A stretch of DNA of 63,951 nt, counting the filler, from Octopus bimaculoides (lineage: Eukaryota), in the NCBI RefSeq assembly GCF_001194135.2. It is 5 parts of 4 records of this genome, joined end to end, with 100 filler letters (N's around TTAATTAATTAA, not from the genome) between each part and the next. Parts side by side here need not be neighbours in the genome. Positions count along the whole stretch, not along the records: positions 28,239 to 44,457 come from NC_068989.1; positions 44,558 to 57,783 come from NC_068993.1; 3 more parts are not named here. One strand, given 5' to 3'. Under the pieces are notes generated by a model. It worked only from the letters and a program-made list of their open reading frames with translations, was not told the DNA's origin and did no database searches. Shown piece after piece: positions 36,229-48,687 of this stretch. The position numbers and the translations under genes were made by a program. Every line of letters begins with the position of its first letter. The stretch's first letter is position 1.

Positions 36229-36728
36229 TATAATCATAAATATACAGGGATTAGCATGAGTTGCTTCTCCAACATACTGAAAATTTAGAAATAGCAGTCA
36301 AAGAACTACTGATTCCAAACTACAAATTTTTCTCTAACGGATGGCGATATTTATGGCACACACACACAACAAAAAACAGAAGAGAAAAGCAAAAACAAAC
36401 CTGCCTTTAGTTAATTGAGTATGCCGTTTCACGGTTAAGAGTATGAAGGTACTCTATTCCGATCTTCAGCCCAATATTCGAATAAATTTGAAAGTGTCTA
36501 TATAACTCATGGGAATTTTGACCATGCGACATAAAAAGCACATGAGGAAGGCACTTACAAAATTTATCGGCTAGTACGTTCAAACATTTCACTCCAAAGA
36601 ATCTATTCCATGTGCGCCAGAAATAGTCCCGCATAAAAAGTCCCGTATAGAAGGGTTACAGTTTAACCATCCAATTAGAGGCATCAATATAAATATTGAT
36701 GTGTGTGCCATAAATATCGCCATCCGTT
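36229..36728. repeat. Repeat unit X (36229-36364) whose last 29 bp recur inverted at 36700-36728
   Basis: aacggatggcgatatttatggcacacaca (36336-36364) is the exact reverse complement of 36700-36728; small hairpin atcaatat-aa-atattgat at 36683-36700. Confidence 0.85.
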
Positions 36729-36936
36729 GAACGAATCGATCCCCAGCACCTATTTTGTAAGCCTTGTATCTATTCTATTGGACTGTTTTAGGGAACCACT
36801 AAGTAATGGCTAGGTAAATAAGGCTACACCGGATTTCAAACGTTGGTGAGTAACAAATAGAAACACAAAGACACACACAGATACACACAGACACACACAG
36901 ACACACATAGAGCTACATATGTGTAAATATGTATGC

Positions 36937-36974
<38 letters not shown>

Positions 36975-37972
36975 NNNNNNNNNNNNNNNNNNNNNNNNNN
37001 NNNNNNNNNNNNNNNNNNNNNNNNNNNNNNNNNNNNNNNNNNNNNNNNNNNNNNNNNNNNNNNNNNNNNNNNNNNNNNNNNNNNNNNNNNNNNNNNNNNN
37101 NNNNNNNNNNNNNNNNNNNNNNNNNNNNNNNNNNNNNNNNNNNNNNNNNNNNNNNNNNNNNNNNNNNNNNNNNNNNNNNNNNNNNNNNNNNNNNNNNNNN
37201 NNNNNNNNNNNNNNNNNNNNNNNNNNNNNNNNNNNNNNNNNNNNNNNNNNNNNNNNNNNNNNNNNNNNNNATATATGTATAGGTAATGCTTATTGTCTTA
37301 ATAATTCCTTTATCCCCTTAAGCATGTTTCATAGTATATTTACTTCCGTGTTTCTCAAGCCGAACACTATATGTCTGAAATTTAAAAAATTGTTTTCCTA
37401 TCCAATAGTTTATTTTATTATTATTGTTTTTTACCTTAAAGGCTTGAAATGAACTGTCCTGGGGCATGTAAGGATATATTACATACTTTGATATTTTTCT
37501 TTCCATCTTATTCTAGACTTGCTATTAATTTATTTAAATTAAATTTTATTTCATTATTATTATAAACTTAAACAATAAGTTATTATTATTATTATATTTA
37601 GAAATTATTTATCCCTTTCTGATAACTTCGGGTAATATATAATTGTCACTGTTTACTTCTACTTGACTTAAATTTTATAACTTTAAAATTTTGCATTGCA
37701 GAGTTATAGATTAGTACGATATTGTATAGCATTATTGTATGTTTATACATACATACGTTTTTCTTCTTTTTTTCCTTTTTCTGTTTCTCCTTCTCAATAT
37801 CCTACGATATTCTATTACTCTCTTTTTTTCTTTCTTTAAGACACAAAATATACACTACCTTCTCCCCCAATGTTAGACTGTGGCTTTCTATAAACGGCTC
37901 TTTTTGTGTATATGCTATCAGTTAATGGTTTATAGCCGTTATCTCAACATATATTTCGAATCAGTATGTCTT

Positions 37973-38076
37973 TACTATCTCTGAAGAGATTCATCTTATA
38001 ATGATTTTAATTTTATAAATTAATTACCTAAAGACTTCTGTATCGAAACAGCTGCCAGAGATGTTGTCATATATTA
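37973..38076 (+). ncRNA. Type I hammerhead-ribozyme-like motif with enlarged loop II
   Basis: CTGAAGA (37981-37987), stem II gat/atc, GAAA (38045-38048), stem III acagc/gttgt, cleavage triplet GTC (38066-38068), stem I tactatct/atatatta pairing at 6 of 8 positions. Confidence 0.6.
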
Positions 38077-39269
38077 TAATTAATATATAATTTTATTAAT
38101 TATGTCTCTATATATTCCTTATTCTTTATACATACATACATACATACATACATACATACATACATACATACATACATACATACANNNNNNNNNNNNNNNN
38201 NNNNNNNNNNNNNNNNNNNNNNNNNNNNNNNNNNNNNNNNNNNNNNNNNNNNNNNNNNNNNNNNNNNNNNNNNNNNNNNNNNNNNNNNNNNNNNNNNNNN
38301 NNNNNNNNNNNNNNNNNNNNNNNNNNNNNNNNNNNNNNNNNNNNNNNNNNNNNNNNNNNNNNNNNNNNNNNNNNNNNNNNNNNNNNNNNNNNNNNNNNNN
38401 NNNNNNNNNNNNNNNNNNNNNNNNNNNNNNNNNNNNNNNNNNNNNNNNNNNNNNNNATATATATAAAGAATACAAAAAATGGGACAAGAACGCAGCAGGC
38501 GATAACAATTCATCCAGACAGTTGGATGATACAAAAAGAGATATGTAAAAACAAGGATGGGTCATTCGGAGTTTTCTTCCGTCACTTAACTTCCACATTA
38601 TCTTTGAACTTTTGGCTGGTTATACTCGCGACTGCTCTAATCTGGCCAGCCCCAAGGAAAATCTAAACTAAGAGCACTAGATTCCTTGGAAGAAGCAGTG
38701 AATGTATATGGAAAAAAGGGACGGAACAAAACGGAAAAATGCTACGGAGATACATATGTAAAACTAAAATACTTCAATTTAAGAAGAAATTTAATAAGAA
38801 TACTTTTAAAAACGTATATAAAGAAAATATTACCGGTTTGGATGAGGAATCACATCTTATCAAATATCAGTAAAGATTTATAAAAATTTGAAGTAAATAC
38901 AGTTTATCTCCTTTATGGGGGTCAAAAACATGTCTTGATATTTTCGTTACAGTCTTCTTTAAATATATTTTGATAGAGAGTTCGAAGTGTTAAAGGGTAA
39001 GAGAGGAGGTGTAGTTTTCTATTGTCTAAAATAAACCTTTGTAGGTGCCTACCAAGGGAGTGGCTTAATAGCTTTTATTGAATGGGTTTTATATCCGCCT
39101 GTATGTAAGTGTGTTTGTGTATTGTCTCGAATGTCCTTTCAATATCTTTGGAGTGTGACCAGCTGTGTGTTGATAGGTATGTATATCGTGATGAATGTCT
39201 TATAGAAGAAATATTTTATTTTTGATTTTTGGGGGTATATTTCTCTGGGTTAGATGTATTCTTTTGACT

Positions 39270-39716
39270 GTCTCCACCTGTGTGAAAACAACTTCTTTAC
39301 CTTGAAGTGTTCGGATTACCACCAAACATCAGGAACGGCGATGGGAACAAAATTGGCCCCACATATGCCAATTTAGTCTTTAAATTCCACGGACAAAAAC
39401 TTATACAACCAGTCTCTTCTCATATTTGGTGGGACATACCATACACAACACAGAAAGAACTGGAAAAAATACCTAGATGACTGCTTTATCTAGTGGCAGG
39501 AAAATATTGACAAGCTAACAGAATTTAAAACCATGTTAAACCTCAGCAATAACATTCAATTCACAATGGCGTTAAACTACAAAGAACTTGCCTTTCTGGA
39601 TATCCTAATCAGAAACCTAGATGGGAAAATAGAGACAGACATATTCTACAAATCCACTGACTCCAAACTGTACGTCCTTCTCATATCCTGTCACCTGAAA
39701 CACACTAGGATAAATA
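39270..39716 (+). mobile_element. Penelope-like reverse transcriptase fragment (pseudogenised)
   Basis: ENNFFTL...QTSGTAMGTKL.PTYANL...WKKYLDDCFI*W...NNIQFTM...LAFLDILI...ETDIFYKSTDS...SCH: the PLE RT motifs GTAMG, YxDD, FLD and TD.Y.K.T. Confidence 0.9.
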
Positions 39717-39965
39717 GAAGGAAGCCCGTCGTATGTGCGTGTGTGTTTGTGTGTGTTTGTGTGTGCGTGTTTGTGTCTGTGTTTGTCACCCCACTGCTTG
39801 ACATCTGGTGTTGGTGTGTTTTCGCCCCCGCCAACTACCGGTTCGGCAAAAGAGACCCATACGATAAGTACCAATCTTAAGAATAGGAAGCACTGGGGTC
39901 GATTCGTTCCAGTAAAAAAAATTCTTTAAAGTTGTAGTCTAATGACTGAAAGAAGTAACAGATAA
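39716..39965 (+). mobile_element. SINE family B 3' part truncating the Penelope RT
   Basis: gaagcccgtcgta-(GT)n-gtgtttgtcaccccactgcttgac...ggcaaaagagacc...aatgactgaaagaagtaa. Confidence 0.75.
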
Positions 39966-39968
39966 AAG

Positions 39969-40000
<32 letters not shown>

Positions 40001-40970
40001 NNNNNNNNNNNNNNNNNNNNNNNNNNNNNNNNNNNNNNNNNNNNNNNNNNNNNNNNNNNNNNNNNNNNNNNNNNNNNNNNNNNNNNNNNNNNNNNNNNNN
40101 NNNNNNNNNNNNNNNNNNNNNNNNNNNNNNNNNNNNNNNNNNNNNNNNNNNNNNNNNNNNNNNNNNNNNNNNNNNNNNNNNNNNNNNNNNNNNNNNNNNN
40201 NNNNNNNNNNNNNNNNNNNNNNNNNNNNNNNNNNNNNNNNNNNNNNNNNNNNNNNNNNNNNNNNNNNNNNNNNNNNNNNNNNNNNNNNNNNNNNNNNNNN
40301 NNNNNNNNNNNNNNNNNNNNNNNNNNNNNNNNNNNNNNNNNNNNNNNNNNNNNNNNNNNNNNNNNNNNNNNNNNNNNNNNNNNNNNNNNNNNNNNNNNNN
40401 NNNNNNNNNNNNNNNNNNNNNNNNNNNNNNNNNNNNNNNNNNNNNNNNNNNNNNNNNNNNNNNNNNNNNNNNNNNNNNNNNNNNNNNNNNNNNNNNNNNN
40501 NNNNNNNNNNNNNNNNNNNNNNNNNNNNNNNNNNNNNNNNNNNNNNNNNNNNNNNNNNNNNNNNNNNNNNNNNNNNNNNNNNNNNNNNNNNNNNNNNNNN
40601 NNNNNNNNNNNNNNNNNNNNNNNNNNNNNNNNNNNNNNNNNNNNNNNNNNNNNNNNNNNNNNNNNNNNNNNNNNNNNNNNNNNNNNNNNNNNNNNNNNNN
40701 NNNNNNNNNNNNNNNNNNNNNNNNNNNNNNNNNNNNNNNNNNNNNNNNNNNNNNNNNNNNNNNNNNNNNNNNNNNNNNNNNNNNNNNNNNNNNNNNNNNN
40801 NNNNNNNNNNNNNNNNNNNNNNNNNNNNNNNNNNNNNNNNNNNNNNNNNNNNNNNNNNNNNNNNNNNNNNNNNNNNNNNNNNNNNNNNNNNNNNNNNNNN
40901 NNNNNNNNNNNNNNNNNNNNNNNNNNNNNNNNNNNNNNNNNNNNNNNNNNNNNNNNNNNNNNNNNNNNNN

Positions 40971-41019
<49 letters not shown>

Positions 41020-41749
41020 TATATACATATATATTAATATATATATATATATACACACGCATGTATGTGCGTATATCTATATTCACCTCTGTATATGTAT
41101 TTGTGTGCTCGTGTGTGTTTACGTTTGTATGTGTATGTGTTTGTGCGTGTCTGTGTGTATCTAAAAGCATATATTACCTACATGCCCGTATCTATATATA
41201 CGCCACACATTAATACACGCATATACGATCCCTATATGTGTGTGTGTCCTCGCACGTATGTGTCTGAGTGTGAATATACGTAGATGGAGAAACTATTGTT
41301 TAGATAGAGAACAAGTGAGAGAAAGGGGGAGAGAAGAGAGGAAGAAAGAGAAGAAAATATCGGAAGTATTTTGTTATTCTTTAAATATTTGATATTTACA
41401 GTTGAGTTTGAGAGAAACTATTTGAATCTACCAGAAAAATGAGCAACCGAGTATAAATATAATTTCGTATCAGTATAAACATAGACATCGTGTTATAAAT
41501 AGTCAACCTGTCAAATATAATATCACCCGATAGTATTCGCCCCGTCTTTTTCACCGTTTCGAAGGAATTACAAATATCGTGGAGACAGCACTTCTAGACC
41601 AAATCAATATAGAAATATGTTCGAGTTTTATGTAGATTACCTCATGGAAATAGGATAATGTAGTCATTATAAACTCGATGCGATCATTAGCAAAATAAAC
41701 ATTGTGCAGATATCTTTTTTACTATACGCCTAATGCCTGAAATTTGGAC

Positions 41750-41870
41750 CTGAGTTCTCAGCTGGTATTTATTTCATTGATTCCGAAAGGACAACCTCGG
41801 CAGCATTTGAATTCAGAACGCAAAGTGCCGGGAGAAATAGTGCTAAGTATTTTGTCTCACACTGTAAACA
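41750..41870 (-). mobile_element. Diverged SINE family A fragment
   Basis: ccgaaaggacaacctcggcagcatttgaattcagaacgcaaag...gtgctaagtattttg. Confidence 0.55.
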
Positions 41871-42791
41871 TTCAACCATAAACGTTGGGTTCATATAGCC
41901 ATCACAGTTGTATAACTACTGCCAGTTATACTGTTACAAATTGCTAAACTGTTCTGAATGATTTTATTTAAAACGAGGAATCGCCTTGCAGCAACACTGA
42001 CGGCGTGAAGTTGTAAGAATACATGTAAAGTTAGCAGGAAAAGAAGCTCCTCACATATCGTCTTTAAATCGGGATACATTCAACAATGTAATTTGAGATG
42101 ATCTTTTACAAGGACGCTTATGGCTTGAATACCTATCTAGTCTTGAAGCTAAATAGAAACATTGTTATTCCTTATGAGGAGGCCAAATCACCTTGAATGG
42201 CATGTTGCAAACGTGTCGTTTATGGCCTCCTTTAGGCGGAACAATGTGAAGTGTTAAGGAATGCACACTAGTGTGTGGATTGCATTTCAAAATGAGTCAT
42301 TTTACTGCACTTAAATATCTAGGAAAATATTACCTCTACAACCGCTTACTTACGTTTCCAGTGAAAGGAATTTAAAATTAGTGGCAAATCGGTTGATCAG
42401 ATGAAGATAGGAAACTACAAGAGAATCAGAAGATACACGAACCTTCCAGCTTATGTCACTAAGGTGACAATAATTTGTTGATAACACCCTTTAGTTTCAA
42501 AACAATCTAGTTCACTCAACTGAAAACTGGTACCACTAACTTTAAACAAGTTCAATGTATCAATCATTATAGACTCTGTCAAATAGATAAGTGAATTTGT
42601 TGGTGTGCATGCTTGAGCTTAAACTTTACTGGATATTAGAACTGACTTATCTCTGCTAATCCTATTTACTAAGATATACTTTTGAATACATAATATATGC
42701 TTATATAAATAAACATAACTTTCTTTTATAATAGACCGACTGTATGGCAGAAGGGATTCATGACAACATTAAATATTGTGTTTCATTTCAG

Positions 42792-42815
42792 ATGAAATGA
42801 ACCATTTCGTTGCAA
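42792..42815 (+). other. Candidate 24-nt microexon
   Basis: tttcatttcAG|atgaaatgaaccatttcgttgcaa|GTaaga; frame-preserving, open only in phase 1 (xEMNHFVAx). Confidence 0.25.
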
Positions 42816-43629
42816 GTAAGAAAATACAATTTATCTATAAACGTTTATTTTTACTGGTTCTATGAGACTCAGACAGCACTAGGACACCTTTTGAAATATG
42901 TATGCCAATTTTGTACACGAACTATGGTAATCTGTTCATCGTTTTGATGTTAGTATATATACTTCAGCATAATTTATTTAATGACGTTGATGTTGATAGA
43001 GGTTTGATATTTGTTCCGAAGATCAATGGTTGTTTGGTTTAATAGTCTTGACACCCACTGATTATATTTCAAAGATATTAACATGAAAATTTAGTATTTA
43101 AAAAAAAATCATTTTTAATAATATTGGTTTGAATTCCACGGACACAAATTTAATGACTTTCAAAGCTGTAAATATGTTACCAATAAAACCATCAAGTGGT
43201 TAGTCAGCAGATAACTGATTCGTTGGTATAGATATAGTAGCTACAAATGAACAAAACGCCTAAAACTATACAGGAATGAAGTAACTAATTGAACGTAGAT
43301 AAACGCGGTAGAGTAGAAGACTAGAAACAAGCATTTAGAAAATAATTTATTTCTGAATAAGAGTTTAATGATCTGAAATGCTATAATCATATTAATAACA
43401 ATTCATTTAAGACATTTAATTTAGCATAGAATTACATTAATTTCAGCTTCTGTCTTTATTTAGCAATAAGTCAGTGTTTAACTACTAGAACTTAGTAGTT
43501 CTGGCAACTATCTACGAACTCCCACGAAGGTTCCATTGAGAGAATGGTACAATGAAAAGCTACTTTAACAGAATGACTAGGTATTGATTAAATTGTCTCT
43601 TGTATATTACTGGTACTTCATATTAGCCT

Positions 43630-43850
43630 TAGGAATGGCGGTGAGCTGGTAGATTCGTCAACATGCTGGGCAAAATGCTTAGCGTCATTTCGTCCTTCTT
43701 CACGTTGTGAGCAAAGATTCCACTAAGCTTGACTTTGTCTTTCAATCTTTCGGGCGCGATAAAAAAAAAAAAACTATCGGTGGATCAACGATGTCGACGT
43801 AATCGACTTACCCACTCCCCCGAAACTATTGGCCTTGTGCAAAATATGAA
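43630..43850 (+). mobile_element. Monomeric SINE family A copy
   Basis: tggcggtgagctggtagattcgtcaacatgctgggcaaaatgcttagcg...gactttgtctttcaatctttcggg...gacgtaatcgacttaccc. Confidence 0.7.
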
Positions 43851-44699
43851 ATAAGTGTTAGATTTTAGTAGGTGAGTCATTTTTCCAATGATATTCGAAC
43901 TTTGAGAATGAACACAAGTAACGGTGAAACGAGTAGACTCTTGTTCTCGATATTTCCTGTAATCTTTAACATTATTTTAATGTGGGCTGTATTCGATGCT
44001 AAAAGGAAAGTGAGAAGGACATGGTTGGAATATGTATTGAAGATATATCAACTTGGTGAGAGCTGACCTGGTACTAAGCAACAATATCAGTAATAATTTC
44101 TAATAAAACTTTGATATCAATTCATTAGATGTGCCAACATAAATTATTTTTAAAGGCAAATAAACGCAAAATACACTGTACCAGATCTTAACATCATCAT
44201 TTAGTATGTAACGTCTTCTGATTCCTTGATCCTTTCCTCGTATTTCTATTACTTTCGCACATTCTTTCTGCAATATATGAGCCAGTGTGTGAACAACGAG
44301 AGATGGTTTCAGTTATTTTAGCGCTAAGAGCATAATACAGATCCTGATAGAGAAAATTTGTTTTTGTTAAAAAAATTGTATTTCCTAAACGCCTTAAATT
44401 GTATGTCTCCCCCTCTCTCTCTCTCTCTCCCTCTCTTTTTCTCTGTGTCACTGTCTGNNNNNNNNNNNNNNNNNNNNNNNNNNNNNNNNNNNNNNNNNNN
44501 NTTAATTAATTAANNNNNNNNNNNNNNNNNNNNNNNNNNNNNNNNNNNNNNNNNNNNGTGGTGACTGGTGGCCTTTCATAAATAACCTTGCCTGGAATAT
44601 ATCTTATTCCATTTTCTTTTACTATTTTCTTACCAACTCTTTCTCATTCTTATTCTTCCGGCTTTTAGTTTATTAGTATTTATTTAACAAGCATGAACG

Positions 44700-45790
44700 T
44701 TTGGTTATGGTGCAGAGGGTTGCGGTCAGCATCAGGAGAAACAATAGGTGAACCCGACGGTAGTGGGGATAGACATTTAGGGATTTTGGAGCTGGATGAC
44801 ATTCTACACAGAGAAATGAAAGTCAAGGTCAGCGAGGCGTATCAAAAAAGGGTGAAGATGGTGTTGAAATCCAACCTGAATGCCAAGAATTTGATTACCG
44901 CAATGAATATCTGGGTAGTTGCAGTGATCAGATATAGTGCGTTCATCCTAAAATGGACTAAGGAGGATATATCAACACTGGATAGAAGGACGAGAAAGTT
45001 GATGACGCCGCATGGGGTGCTACACTTTAAAGCAAACGTAAACAGACTGTATATGAAAAGAAAGAATGGTGGAAGAGGATTAATTAGTATAGACTATTGC
45101 AAGGAGTGAAAGGAGAACGCTTGCCGAGTATTTGATAAATAGTGATGAAGACCTGCTGCAATATGCAGCGAAAGATATGGGTGTAAATGTAGATGAAATG
45201 ATGGGTAGGGAATCGTTTAACTAAAGAGTTGAGGAGAGAAAAGAAGACCTTCTTGAAATGAGAATGCATGGACTGTTTGAGAAGAATACATAGGACGTTA
45301 AGGACAATATAGCATCGTGGGCATGGCTTGAGCGAGGTGATTTGAAGCGTATTACCGAAAGCCTGATCATTACTGCACAAGACCACGCTCTCGCTACCAA
45401 TTCAGTGAATTGTAACATCTATAGAACTTCTGACACCCAGAGATTCAGATTCCATGTAAAGAATGTGGAAAATGTGACCCACTTGGTAAGTGGATATGAG
45501 AGCCTTGAACAAAAAAAAAAAAAAAAAAAATACAAGCGCCGCCACGATAAAGTGTGTATGTGTCTTCATTGACTTTTATGCCGTAAATACCAACATGAAG
45601 TAACAGAGAACTGGTATGAGCATGTACCAAGTAAAGTTATGTAGGAGGATAGAAAAGTAACGATACTCTGGGACTATGGTTTTCAGACGGATCGTGTAAT
45701 CGAACACCGTCGGCCGAATATTGTAATATTGAATAAGAGAGACAAATACTGTCAGATCATTGATGTAGCCATACCAAATGACATGAATCG
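44700..45790 (+). mobile_element. R4/Dong-like LINE: RT C-terminus, zinc-knuckle region and REL endonuclease start (decayed)
   Basis: HLGILELD...SNLNAKNLITAMNIW..AVIRYS...LDRRTRKLMT...NRLYMKRKNGGRGLISI; ESLIITAQDHALATN...ENVTHLVSG...YKRRHDKV; WYEHVP...ILWDYGFQTDRVIEHRRPNIVI...IIDVAIPND. Confidence 0.9.
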
Positions 45791-45799
45791 ACAACATGG

Positions 45800-46700
45800 C
45801 CCACTCGATGGGAGAGTTATTGTTTACAGAGACATATCCGGGTAGGAGATTTATCCGGGATTTCTTGAAGAAATTTGTCCAAAGACTTCTTGCACTTTAT
45901 GGGTCTGTTTCTGATTTAATGTGTTTTGGTGTAATGTTAAAGATAGCAGGGTCAATTGAGGTGAAATAATTGTGACGTATTGTTGTTATGTGATGCGAGT
46001 ATGATTTATGTTGTGGGCGGAGAGCACGGGGTTCAAGTCTGGGTGTATCTTAAAGGTGATGCCAACATCATTTGGGCGATGCAGATGGAATATTTTCAAC
46101 ATCATGCAAATGATGTTGCGCTTCTGGTGGCGTCGGAGAGAATAAAACTTGAGCTTTTCTAGCCGAACCCAAAAGTCAATGCCTGTCATACCGCCTATCA
46201 TTTTTGCAATAGACTTTTGAGGTGCTTCAACTTTCATGATACTTTGTTTCGTGGAGGAGACCACAGTAGACAACAGTATTCAAGCTGAGGTCGGGCAAAA
46301 GTGAAGAAGAGAAGGATGATGGTGTGGATATCTCACGACTGGAAAGTTCTGAGAATCCAGAAACACATTCTGTAGGCCATGTCAACTTTGCTGTTTATAT
46401 GAGGGGCCCGGCTTATGCTGTTGTCCACAATTATTCCCAATACTCTGATATTGTTCGATGCCACGAGAGTTTCACATGAAGGAAGGGGGTATGGGAGTTT
46501 CAGGGTATCCCCTTTTTCTGAAGTGGATTACTTCAAATTTGTCCTCGTTCAGCAGCATATTATTCTTTTCCGCCCATTGGATGACAGCCAGTAGATCAGA
46601 CAGAATGTATGTCCGGTCACCCACTTCATTGGTGACCTTCTGGATCTTGGAATCATCTGCAAAGATTCTTATGTTGCTGTGCTTGATGATGTTGTGTCCT
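45800..46700 (-). mobile_element. CR1/L2-group LINE reverse transcriptase 3' fragment
   Basis: IRIFADDSKI...WAEKNNMLLNEDKFEVIHF...; other frames ARPQLEYC, KVEAPQKSIAKMIGGM...RLEKLKFYSLRR. Confidence 0.85.
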
Positions 46701-46911
46701 TGAGCAAGACACTTTATTTCAGGTTGCTCCTGTTCACTCAGCCGTAGAAACGAGTTGCGACGTCACAGGCGCCAAGCTGTATCGGCCCCTTTGCCTTTCC
46801 CTTGGATAACACTGGTGGCATGGAGAGGGGAGGCCGGTATGCATGGGCGACTGCTGGTCTTCCATAAACAACCTTGCCCAGACTTGTGTCTGGGGGAGGT
46901 AACTTTCTAGG
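46690..46911 (+). mobile_element. SINE family D (headless), continuing into a gap
   Basis: gttgtgtccttgagcaagacactttatttca linker shared with family C, then gccaagctgtatcggcc...ctgctggtcttccataaacaacc; inverted copy at 62330-62540. Confidence 0.75.
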
Positions 46912-47927
46912 NNNNNNNNNNNNNNNNNNNNNNNNNNNNNNNNNNNNNNNNNNNNNNNNNNNNNNNNNNNNNNNNNNNNNNNNNNNNNNNNNNNNNNNNN
47001 NNNNNNNNNNNNNNNNNNNNNNNNNNNNNNNNNNNNNNNNNNNNNNNNNNNNNNNNNNNNNNNNNNNNNNNNNNNNNNNNNNNNNNNNNNNNNNNNNNNN
47101 NNNNNNNNNNNNNNNNNNNNNNNNNNNNNNNNNNNNNNNNNNNNNNNNNNNNNNNNNNNNNNNNNNNNNNNNNNNNNNNNNNNNNNNNNNNNNNNNNNNN
47201 NNNNNNNNNNNNNNNNNNNNNNNNNNNNNNNNNNNNNNNNNNNNNNNNNNNNNNNNNNNNNNNNNNNNNNNNNNNNNNNNNNNNNNNNNNNNNNNNNNNN
47301 NNNNNNNNNNNNNNNNNNNNNNNNNNNNNNNNNNNNNNNNNNNNNNNNNNNNNNNNNNNNNNNNNNNNNNNNNNNNNNNNNNNNNNNNNNNNNNNNNNNN
47401 NNNNNNNNNNNNNNNNNNNNNNNNNNNNNNNNNNNNNNNNNNNNNNNNNNNNNNNNNNNNNNNNNNNNNNNNNNNNNNNNNNNNNNNNNNNNNNNNNNNN
47501 NNNNNNNNNNNNNNNNNNNNNNNNNNNNNNNNNNNNNNNNNNNNNNNNNNNNNNNNNNNNNNNNNNNNNNNNNNNNNNNNNNNNNNNNNNNNNNNNNNNN
47601 NNNNNNNNNNNNNNNNNNNNNNNNNNNNNNNNNNNNNNNNNNNNNNNNNNNNNNNNNNNNNNNNNNNNNNNNNNNNNNNNNNNNNNNNNNNNNNNNNNNN
47701 NNNNNNNNNNNNNNNNNNNNNNNNNNNNNNNNNNNNNNNNNNNNNNNNNNNNNNNNNNNNNNNNNNNNNNNNNNNNNNNNNNNNNNNNNNNNNNNNNNNN
47801 NNNNNNNNNNNNNNNNNNNNNNNNNNNNNNNNNNNNNNGGATTTTTCCGTTTTTTCATTGTTCTCTTCTTCTTTATACATTGTCAGGAGATTTAGTTTCG
47901 TAATCATGAGGAGCCAGGTTCGATCCA

Positions 47928-48423
47928 CCTGAAAGGTAGTACTCTACAGTTATAGATCCAGCAACAGATGGATCCTGTAGCCATGGCGTTGCACCAGGTC
48001 TACCAGCCAGTGAGTATTTTTGTGTGGGAGTCAGCGATATAGTTGGAAAAAAAATACATTCAAACGAAGAGACGAAGGTCGCAAGTGTGTGTGTGTGTGT
48101 GTTTGTCTAGGTCAAGTTTTGTTAACCTCTAAATCTAGGATTGACTTAATCCTCGTGGCGAGGACACAGTTCCAGTGTTCGGGAATTTGGAAGAAAATGT
48201 AGTTTCCCCTTAATTGCCCCCATTCTTAGGGATTTTATGGCCCTGAAAGGTAGTACTCTACAGTTATAGATCCAGCAACAGATGGATCCTGTAGCCATGG
48301 CGTTGCACCAGGTCTACCAGCCAGTGAGTATTTTTGTGTGGGAGTCAGCGATATAGTTGGAAAAAAAATACATTCAAACGAAGAGACGAAGGTCGCAAGT
48401 GTGTGTGTGTGTGTGTTTGTCTA
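47928..48423 (+). repeat. Exact 182-bp direct repeat (47928-48109 and 48242-48423)
   Basis: Both copies read cctgaaaggtagtactctacag...ggtcgcaa(gt)9ttgtcta, separated by a 132-bp unrelated spacer. Confidence 0.9.
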
Positions 48424-48687
48424 TGCTCCTCCCACCACCACTTGATAACCGCTGTTGGACTATTTATGTCCCTGTAACTTAGTTTGGCAAAACCGACCGA
48501 TACAATAAGTACTAAACTTTAAAGGCAAAAGTGAGTACTGACGTCAATTTGTTCGACTTCAAAGTAGAGCCCCAGCATGGCCGTCTGTTAACTAAAGCAA
48601 TTAAAAGAAAATATGGAGGAAAGGTTAGTAATCTTCCCTTTTATGGAAAATTAGTAACACTAATTATAAATAATATACACTTACATA

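Noticed and set aside
38550-39270. Possible additional minus-strand Penelope remnant
   Set aside because: Only faint motif traces with many stops; not supportable as a separate feature without alignment
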